A DNA stretch of 64,000 nucleotides, from contig JANJGN010000038.1 in NCBI GenBank assembly GCA_026770705.1, forward strand, positions 2,542,001 to 2,606,000. Reading direction: 5' to 3'. The notes below the pieces were generated by a model that did no database searches, was not told the origin of the DNA, and saw only the letters and a list, made by a program, of their open reading frames with translations. The stretch is from Isurus oxyrinchus (Eukaryota). Below, in pieces: positions 55,173 through 64,000 of this stretch. Numbering within the stretch: position 1 is the first letter of the stretch; each line of letters opens with the position of its first letter. The position numbers were made by a program, and so were the translations under genes.

Positions 55173-55260
55173 TCAATCTTTGCTATTACAGGTGTTGCGA
55201 AAATGTCGATTACATCTACTGTTTCTGAGATCAATGGTTAAAATCCGAAATAATGGAAAA

Positions 55261-55342
55261 CGTAGTCGGCAGGATTTGAACCTGCGCGGGGTAACCCCAA
55301 TAGACTTCGAATCCATCACCTTAACCACTCGGCCACGACTAC
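55261..55342 (-). tRNA. tRNA-Ser, anticodon CGA (possibly functional; several non-consensus bases)
   Basis: Reverse complement GTAGTCGTGGCCGAGTGGTTAAGGTGATGGATTCGAAGTCTATTGGGGTTACCCCGCGCAGGTTCAAATCCTGCCGACTACG: 82 nt, long variable arm, intact acceptor stem, A and B boxes, and a TTTT terminator immediately 3'. Confidence 0.85.
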
Positions 55343-56046
55343 AGACCTGGAGAGTAAATCATATATATTTCATATATGAAATCATAGAATAGTTACAGCA
55401 GAGAAAAAGCGTCTTCTTCCTACCCTGTCACTGCAACAACCCAGCCTTTTCCCCATAACCCTGCAATTTATACTGTCCCTCCTCGTTCTCCCTCCCAAAC
55501 TGGGAATGAAAGAGAGAGAATGAAAGAGGAAGAGAAGTGATGGGTTTTCTAGATCTCAGGCAAAAGAGACTTCAGGAACAGTTCATTGTGACAGTTCACA
55601 CAGCAACAAGAAAACAGCATTCCCTGAGGAGGGCCAGGAGTGGGAGCGTGTTTAGTTCAAACACAGAAGACTTGTTCAGCCAATAACAGCATCGGATCTG
55701 TTAGACATATACATGAAGTGAACAGTGAGGTGAAATAGTGCCACAAGCTGCGGATGTGCAACTTTCAATTTCCAAGACCCACCATCCTCATCAATGCACC
55801 TCCTCTGAAACTTTCAAGGTCAATGTTGATCCTTTATAAGGTGCCGTTCCCAGAACGAGACACAGTCCTCCAGGTGTGACCTAACCAGGGCTTTGTATAG
55901 CTGCAGCAAACCTTTCCCTCTTTCCTATAACAGCCTCTGTAACAGGTTGTATAGACAGAGGGATTAGATTGTATCGATCCAATAAGAAAAATAAGGAGAT
56001 GCTTCATCAAACTAAAATTCCTTTTGAAATTCCATTTGAAATGAAC

Positions 56047-56061
56047 TTAATTTTTTCGAAA
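56047..56061 (+). repeat. Target-site duplication, left copy (TTAATTTTTTCGAAA)
   Basis: Identical 15-mer at 60959-60973. Confidence 0.85.
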
Positions 56062-58445
56062 CAAAAACAGAATTACCTGGAAAAACTCAGCAGGTCTGGC
56101 AGCATCGGCGGAGAAGAAAAGAGTTGACGTTTCGAGTCCTCATGACCCTTCGACAGAACTTGAGTTCGAGTCCAAGAAAAGGTTGAAATATCAGCTGGTT
56201 TAAGGTGTGTGTGTGGGGGGCGGAGAGATAGAGAGAGAGAGAGGTGGTTGTGTAGACAAACAAGCAGTGATAGAAGCAGATCATCAAAAGATGTCAACGA
56301 CAATGGTACAATAGAACACATAGGTGTTAAAGTTAAAGTTGGTGATATTATCTAAACGAATGTGCTAAGTAAGAATGGATGGTAGGGCACTCAAGGTATA
56401 GCTCTAATGGGGATGGGGAGAGCATAAAAGATTTAAAATAATGGAAATAGGTGGGAAAAGAAAAATCTATATAATTTATTGGAAAAAAAAGGGGGAAACA
56501 TAAATGGGGTGGGGATGGGGGAGGGAGCTCTCGACTTAAAGTTGTTGAATTCAATATTCAGTCCGGAAGGCTGTAAGGTGCCTAGTCGGAAGATGAGGTG
56601 TTGTTCCTCCAGTTTGCGTTGGTCTTCACTGGAACAATGCAGCAAGCCAAGGACAGACATGTGGGCAAGAGAGCAGGGTGGAGTGTTAAAATGGCAAGCG
56701 ACAGGGAGGTTTGGGTCATTCTTGCGGACAGACCGCAGGTGTTCTGCAAAGCGGTCGCCCAGTTTACGTTTGGTCTCTCCAATGTAGAGGAGACCACATT
56801 GGGAGCAACGAATGCAGTAGACTAACTTGGGGGAAATGCAAGTGAAATGCTGCTTCACTTGAAAGGAGTGTTTGGGCCCTTGGACGGTGAGGAGAGAGGA
56901 AGTGAAGGGGCAGGTGTTACATCTTTTGCATGGGCATGGGGTGGTGCCATAGGAGGGGGTTGAGGAGTAGGGGGTGATGGAGGAGTGGACCAAGGTGTCC
57001 CGGAGGGAGCGAGCCCTACGGAATGCCGATAAGGTGGGTGAAGGGAAGATGTGTTTGGTGGTGGCATCATGCTGGAGTTGGCGGAAATGACGGAGGATGA
57101 TCCTTTGAATGCGGAGGCTGGTGGGGTGATAAGTGAGGACAAGGGGGACCCTATCATGTTTCTGGGAGGGAGGAGAAGGCGTGAGGGCGGATGCGCGGGA
57201 GATGGGCCGGACACGGTTGAGGGCCCTGTCAACGACCGTGGGTGGAAAACCTCGGTTAAGGAAGAAGGAGGACATGTCAGAGGAACCGTTTTTGAAGGTA
57301 GCATCATCGGAACAGATGCGACGAAGGCGAAGGAACTGGGAGAATGGGATGGAGTCCTTACAGGAAGCGGGGTGTGAGGAGCTGTAGTCGAGGTAGCTGT
57401 GGGAGTCGGTGGGTTTGTAATGGATATTGGTGGACAGTCTATCACCAGAGATTGAGACAGAGAGGTCAAGGAAGGGAAGGGAAGTGTCAGAGATGGACCA
57501 CGTGAAAATGATGGAGGGGTGGAGATTGGAAGCAAAATTAATACATTTTTCCACGTCCCGACGAGAGCATGAAGCGGCACCGAAGTAATCATCGATGTAC
57601 CGGAGAAAAAGTTGTGGAAGGGGGCCGGAGTAGGACTGCAACAAGGAATGTTCCACATACCCCATAAAGAGACAGGCATAGCTGGGGCCCATGTGGGTAC
57701 CCATAGCCACACCTTTTATTTGGAGGAAGTGAGAGGAGTTGAAGGAGAAATTGTTCAGCGTGAGAACAAGTTCAGCCAGACTGAGGAGAGTAGTGATGGA
57801 TGGGGATTGTTCGGGCCTCTGTTCGAGGAAGAAGCTAAGGGCCCTCAGACCATCCTGGTGGGGGATGGAGGTGTAGAGGGATTGGACGTTCATGGTGAAG
57901 AGGAAGCGGTTGGGGCCAGGGAACTGGAAATTGTTGATGTGACGTAAGGTGTCAGAGGAATCACGGATGTAGGTGGGAAGGGACTGGACAAGGGGAGAGA
58001 GAAGGGAGTCAAGATAACGAGAAATGAGTTCTGTGGGGCAGGAGCAAGCTGAGACGATCGGTCTACCGGGGCAGTTCTGTTTGTGGATTTTGGGTAGGAG
58101 ATAGAAGCGGGCCGTCCGAGGTTGGGCGACTATCAGGTTGGAAGCTGTGGGAGGGAGATCCCCGGAGGAGATGAGGTCAGTGACGGTCCTGGAAATAATG
58201 GCTTGATGTTCAGTGGTGGGGTCATGGTCCAGGGAGAGGTGGGAGGAAGTGTTTGCGAGTTGACGCTCAGCCTCTGCGATGTAGAGGTCAGTGCGCCAGA
58301 CAACAACAGCACCACCCTTGTCTGCGGGTTTGATGACATTGTCAGGGTTGGACCTGAGAGAATGGAGTGCAGTAAGTTCAGAGAGAGACAGGTTAGAATG
58401 GGTGAGAGGAGCAGAGAAATTGAGACGACTAATGTCGTGCCGACA
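56062..58445 (-). mobile_element. Penelope-like retroelement (Neptune-like), 5'-truncated; left arm of the palindrome
   Basis: Open frame with IKPADKG, FYLLPKIHK, GRPIVS, GVAMG, YIDD, a Cys-rich linker (CPCKRCNTC) and GIY-YIG (VYCIRCSQCGLLYIGET...RFAEH). Confidence 0.95.
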
Positions 58446-60958
58446 TTTTTCTCCCTCCACCTGGACCCCTCCCTCTGGATTCTTACCTTCTCTTGATCTT
58501 TCCATTGAGAACTGTCGGCGCGACATTAGTCGTCTCAATTTCTCTGCTCCTCTCACCCATTCTAACCTGTCTCTCTCTGAACTTACTGCACTCCATTCTC
58601 TCAGGTCCAACCCTGACATTGTCATCAAACCCGCAGACAAGGGTGGTGCTGTTGTTGTCTGGCGCACTGACCTCTACCTCACAGAGGCTGAGCGTCAACT
58701 CGCAGACACTTCCTCCTACCTCTCCTTGGATCATGACCCCACCACTGAACATCAAGTCATTGTTTCCAGGACCGTCACTGACCTCATCTCCTCCGGGGAT
58801 CTCCCTCCCACAGCTTCTAACCTGATAGTCGCCCAACCTCGGACGGCCCGCTTCTATCTCCTACCCAAAATCCACAAACAGAACTGCCCCGGTAGACCGA
58901 TCGTCTCAGCTTGCTCCTGCCCCACAGAACTCATTTCTCGTTATCTTGACTCCCTTCTCTCTCCCTTTGTCCAGTCCCTTCCCACCTACATCCGTGATTC
59001 CTCTGACACCTTACGTCACATCAACAATTTCCAGTTCCCTGGCCCCAACCGCTTCCTCTTCACCATGAACGTCCAATCCCTCTACACCTCCATCCCCCAC
59101 CAGGATGGTCTGAGGGCCATTAGCTTCTTCCTCGAACAGAGGCCCGAACAATCCCCATCCACTACTACTCTCCTCAGTCTGGCTGAACTTGTTCTCACGC
59201 TGAACAATTTCTCCTTCAACTCCTCTCACTTCCTCCAAATAAAAGGTGTGGCTATGGGTACCCGCATGGGCCCCAGCTATGCCTGTCTCTTTATGGGGTA
59301 TGTGGAACATTCCTTGTTGCAGTCCTACTCCGGCCCCCTTCTACAACTTTTTCTCCAGTACATCGATGATTACTTCGGTGCCGCTTCATGCTCTCGTCGG
59401 GACTTGGAAAAATGTATTAATTTTGCTTCCAATCTCCACCCCTCCATCATTTTCACGTGGTCCACCTCTGACACTTCCCTTCCCTTCCTTGACCTCTCTG
59501 TCTCAATCTCTGGTGATAGACTGTCCACCAATATCCATTACAAACCCACCGACTCCCACAGCTACCTCGACTACAGCTCCTCACACCCCGCTTCCTGTAA
59601 GGACTCCATCCCATTCTCCCAGTTCCTTCGCCTTCGTCGCATCTGTTCCGATGATGCTACCTTCAAAAACGGTTCCTCTGACATGTCCTCCTTCTTCCTT
59701 AACCGAGGTTTTCCACCCACGGTCTTTGACAGGGCCCTCAACCGTGTCCGGCCCATCTCCCGCGCATCCACCCTCACGCCTTCTCCTCCCTCCCAGAAAC
59801 ATGATAGGGTCCCCCTTGTCCTCACTTATCACCCCACCAGCCTCCGCATTCAAAGGACCATCCTCCGCCATTTCCGCCAACTCCAGCATGATGCCACCAC
59901 CAAACACATCTTCCCTTCACCCACCTTGTCGGCATTCCGTAGGGATCGCTCCCTCCGGGACACCCTGGTCCACTGCTCCATCACCCCCTACTCCTCAACC
60001 CCCTCCTATGGCACCACCCCATGCCCACGCAAAAGATGTAACACCTGCCCCTTCACTTCCTCTCTCCTCACCGTCCAAGGGCCCAAACACTCCTTTCAAG
60101 TGAAGCAGCATTTCACTTGCATTTCCCCCAAGTTAGTCTACTGCATTCGTTGCTCCCAATGTGGTCTCCTCTACATTGGAGAGACCAAACGTAAACTGGG
60201 CGACCGCTTTGCAGAACATCTGCGGTCTGTCTGCAAGAATGACCCAAACCTCCCTGTCGCTTGCCATTTTAACACTCCACCCTGCTCTCTTGCCCACATG
60301 TCTGTCCTTGGCTTGCTGCATTGTTCCAGTGAAGACCAACGCAAACTGGAGGAACAACACCTCATCTTCCGACTAGGCACCTTACAGCCTTCCGGACTGA
60401 ATATTGAATTCAACAACTTTAGGTCGAGAGCTCCCTCCCCCATCCCCACCCCATTTATGTTTCCTTCCCCCTTTTTTTTCCAATAAATTATATAGATTTT
60501 TCTTTTCCCACCTATTTCCATTATTTTTAAATATTTTAAAATCTTTTATGCTCTCCCCACCCCCATTAGAGCTATACCTTGAGTGCCCTACCATCCATTC
60601 TTACTTAGCACATTCGTTTAGATAATATCACCAACTTTAACTTTAACACCTATGTGTTCTATTGTACCATTGTCGTTGACATCTTTTGATGATCTGCTTC
60701 TATCACTGCTTGTTTGTTCACACAACCACAACCCCCACCCACCTCTCTCTCTCTCTATCTCTCCGCCCCCCACACACACACCTTAAACCAGCTTATATTT
60801 CAACCTTTTCTTGGACTCGAACTCAAGTTCTGTCGAAGGGTCATGAGGACTCGAAACGTCAACTCTTTTCTTCTCCGCCGAAGCTGCCAGACCTGCTGAG
60901 TTTTTCCAGGTAATTCTGTTTTTGTTTTGGATTTCCAGCATCCGCAGTTTTTTTTGTT
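58446..60958 (+). mobile_element. Penelope-like retroelement (Neptune-like), 5'-truncated; right arm with the longer 3' end
   Basis: Same motifs, ORF open to 60486. The 3' UTR ends GATTTCCAGCATCCGCAG followed by a T-rich tail. Confidence 0.95.
60826..60864 (+). ncRNA. Minimal type-I hammerhead ribozyme motif with a variant core, in the PLE 3' UTR; mirror copy at 56122-56160 (-)
   Basis: AGTT-CTGTCGA-A-GGGTC-ATGAG-GACTC-GAAAC-GTC-AACT: stem I AGTT/AACT, stem II GGGTC/GACTC, GAAA core and a GUC cleavage triplet. Confidence 0.65.
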
Positions 60959-60973
60959 TTAATTTTTTCGAAA
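60959..60973 (+). repeat. Target-site duplication, right copy (TTAATTTTTTCGAAA)
   Basis: Identical 15-mer at 56047-56061. Confidence 0.85.
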
Positions 60974-61419
60974 GCTGCGTAAGAATCCCCAGTCTAGCTC
61001 TTCATGTCACTGCGTCAGGGGAACTTTGTTAATGTTCACACACTGAGCATGGACACGGCAGCAGCTCCTGCGCCTCTTCCAATATTGTTTTTCGTAACTC
61101 AGAGTTTTCGAAAGGGAATTGGATAATGACTTGAAAGGGAGAAAAACGATCAGGATGATGGAGAAAGAGAAGGAAATTGAGACTAATTGGAAAGAACATT
61201 GTAAAAAACTGATATTGATATGATGGTTTAAATGGTCTCCTCGCACACTCTGCCATTTTGTGATGACAACACCAGATTAATTTGATGACAACATTTCTAA
61301 ATTTGTCAACCGAATTCCATTTCTGTAAAACAAAGATGCAAAGTGCGGCTGCAGGACCTCACAGTTTAACATAGTGTGCAGGTGCCTCTGGCTTTGTCAG
61401 GTATTGTTCTGTAGGGGAA

Positions 61420-61765
61420 TGGTTATCACATGTGCATGGAATCACCAAGCCTCCTTAGACAGAACCTTCCAAGCCCACGACAATTACCATCTAGAAAAAC
61501 AAGGGCAGCAGATAGATGGGAACACGACCACCTGGAATTTCTCCTGCAAGGCACTCACCCTCTTGACTTGGAAATATGTCGCTGTTTCTTCACTGTTGCT
61601 GGGTCAAAATCCTGGAATTCCCTTCCTAACAGCACTCTGGGTGTACCTACACAACAGGGACTGCTGCGTTTCAAGAAGGCAGCTCAGCAGCACCTTCTGA
61701 AGGGACAATGGGATGGGCAATAAATGCTGGCCCAGCCAGCGAAGCCCATATCCCGAGAATGAATT
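61420..61765 (+). mobile_element. LINE (CR1/L2 clade) 3' fragment
   Basis: Encodes FFTVAGSKSWNSLPNS...FKKAAQQHLLKG and is the same family as 52575-53075. Confidence 0.75.
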
Positions 61766-62272
61766 ACAAACTGTCTGCAGAATTAATCATAAATCTTCTT
61801 CTCATCCGTGTCACTCAAAGTTATTTTAGTTGCAAACATTCACTAAATTTGGAGTCTGAAATGGAACAATCATTGACCAATTTGATGACACCGTTGTTTT
61901 CTGGGTCTTTGTCTCTCCTTAGGCCTCTGTCACTCTCGGTGTACATGTCTGTGTGTGCTCCTCTCTGTGTGTCAATGTGATTCAGTCCCCTGAGGGGTTG
62001 TACACATTTTTTCCCACCACAAACGTTTTACACATTGGTTGTGCAGCTTCACATTACAATGTAACAGAGAAAAGTATCAAGATGAAAGAGGAATTTGCAA
62101 TGTTCTTGCATCCCATTTCTTAAGCTCTGCGTTTGCTCTGATGCCATTCCCAGCTGTGGTACCAAATTCCAGCTCTTGCTCCATTCATTCTGGTAAAGGT
62201 GATATGCAGGATTTCTGCATGTTCTATTACTCAGGGTCAGCCCAGCACTTCGCCAAGGTTATTAAATCACTG

Positions 62273-62344
62273 CTCCTTCATCAGGAATTGAACCCACGCC
62301 CTGACTATGAAAGCGCAGAATCCTAGCTATTGGGCCACCAAGGA
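62273..62344 (-). pseudogene. tRNA-Glu(TTC) pseudogene
   Basis: Reverse complement TCCTTGGTGGCCCAATAGCTAGGATTCTGCGCTTTCATAGTCAGGGCGTGGGTTCAATTCCTGATGAAGGAG: a Glu body with broken stems. Confidence 0.75.
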
Positions 62345-63547
62345 AGGTGCTCACAAGCCTCACAACCTGGGTAAGCCATGCTGTCTGTGCCTTTTATTTT
62401 CATTTCCGACCTCTTTCATTAGAGGAACGTTTCTCCCCCAAATTGACACGTTTATATAAAACACAAACAACATCCATTGTCAGACAGTTCCGGGTTGTTA
62501 TTGGGTCCTTAAGCGACAAAGAGAAAATAATCCAACTCTCCTGTTGCTCAGCGGGTTCCAACAGCAGTGTTTTTTTATCTGAATATAAATGTAAAATATA
62601 ATTTAACAACTGACCAACCAGGTACCTACAAATCTATGAAATTATTGGATCAAATAGACCCGTTAATGATTCCTTCTTCCTCAGCTCCGCAGTGAGTGAG
62701 ACAGGGAAAAGCAGAAAAGCAGCAACATTCCGGCCCCGCACTCTCCAATCACCCGCTGCCAGCAAACAGATACACTCACTTTCCTGAGTGTTTATTCTGT
62801 GAAATGGTGAAGGGCGAATCTAAGACGCTTGTAATATACTGCGCTCAGTTAATATCCACCAACAAACAGGAACAAGGCGGCTTTCCTCTCACTTAAAAGG
62901 GCAAGTTTTGATAATGCTTCTGCATTAATAACTTATATTGATAAAGTGCATTTAATCTGTTGAAACGTCACAAGGCGTCCCCCGTGAATATTATATAATA
63001 AAGTGTGACACCGAGCCTCATATTCGATCAGAATACTAAAAGCTCGGTCAAAGGGGGAGGCTTTAAAAACTGTCTTAAAGGAGGAAAGTATCGATTTAAT
63101 GTTCCAGCTAACAGCAATAGTTCTTCTCATTGGTGAAAGAAGTCTCCCGTGTTCAACCTAAACAGACCAATTAGTCGGAGAAAGTTCTGTCTGGTGAAAA
63201 GATCGGGAATGAAAAATAAAAGTGGAAAGTAACCTCTAAATGCCAAATGTCAAACCTTTCTGGTACTTTCCCTTATGTCTCATGACTGGGGATCGGCGCT
63301 TCCATTGGCCCACAGCGAATAGGGTGGAGGGTTTGGAAATTGAAAGTTACGCATGAGCAGCTTGTGGGACTATTTCACCTCACTGTCGATTTCATGTTCC
63401 AGCTCACAGAAACCGTTGTTTTCATTGGCTGAAGAATTCGTTTGTGTTTAGGCTAAACAGGCAGTTTTGTGGTGAAAGAGATCTGAACTGAAACACAATA
63501 GGCAAAAGCAGCGTAGATAAGCCAAATCGAAAAGCATTTTGATCGAT

Positions 63548-63619
63548 TCCTTGGTTGTCTAGTGGTTAGGATTCGGCGCTTTAAGCACCACGGCCCGGGT
63601 TCGATTCCCAGTCAGGAAA
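63548..63619 (+). pseudogene. tRNA-Glu-derived pseudogene with the anticodon mutated to TTA
   Basis: TCCTTGGTTGTCTAGTGGTTAGGATTCGGCGCT-TTA-AGCACCACGGCCCGGGTTCGATTCCCAGTCAGGAAA, with C-A mismatches in the acceptor, anticodon and T stems. Confidence 0.8.
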
Positions 63620-64000
63620 TTAAGGTTTGTTGAGTGTGGTCAATTTCTATTTGCGAACAGCTCCACCGAGAGTTAAAAGCTTAGCCTCACAGCAAGAAAT
63701 ATCACACTTCGAATAAGTCGCGAACAAACAGAAAAGAAGAAGGGCTGGTTGCAAGGCGAAATATCGGTGGCAGAAGGATGAATGTTACTGTCTCCTATCT
63801 GCACCGGCACAAATATCCCTTCTGATCAATCAACTCCGCTTTGAAAGCAGCGCGCCGGGCCCAATGGGCTTTTTCTATGCTGTAATTATCTATAATGTTA
63901 TGTTTCCCAACACCACCAACACTGCCTTTTTATAACCCACTCTAGATAGTGCGCTTTCTTACCTTGTATTCGGCTCGTCTGAAACCGAAACACGGAGCAA

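Noticed and set aside
56855-60103. 285-aa Pro/Ser-rich ORFs in the Penelope arms
   Set aside because: Alternative frames of C-rich RT coding sequence with no recognisable domain.

Overview
Eukaryotic, cartilaginous-fish (shark-type) genomic DNA. From 1 to ~14.4 kb is a 54-bp satellite array with higher-order duplications. From 15 to 31 kb are decayed CR1/L2-type LINEs, SINE-like repeats and degenerate relatives of the satellite. From 31.9 to 51.1 kb is a complete, apparently intact, unrearranged IgM heavy-chain cluster on the + strand: leader, V, D1, D2, J (RSS spacers 23; 12/22; 12/12; 23), Cmu1-Cmu4 with secretory tail, TM1 and TM2. Its V looks divergent, with a leader, FR2 and FR3 that resemble IgW. 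Downstream are a tRNA-Ser(CGA) gene, a 4.9-kb head-to-head palindrome of two 5'-truncated Penelope-like (RT + GIY-YIG) copies inside one 15-bp direct repeat, and two tRNA-Glu pseudogenes. Both Penelope arms share an Asp>Asn change in RT motif A and a variant hammerhead-ribozyme core. A homologous module (degenerate 27-mer array plus CTCF-like motif) brackets the Ig cluster on both sides. Family comparisons are from memory of shark Ig and retroelement sequences; no searches were run.
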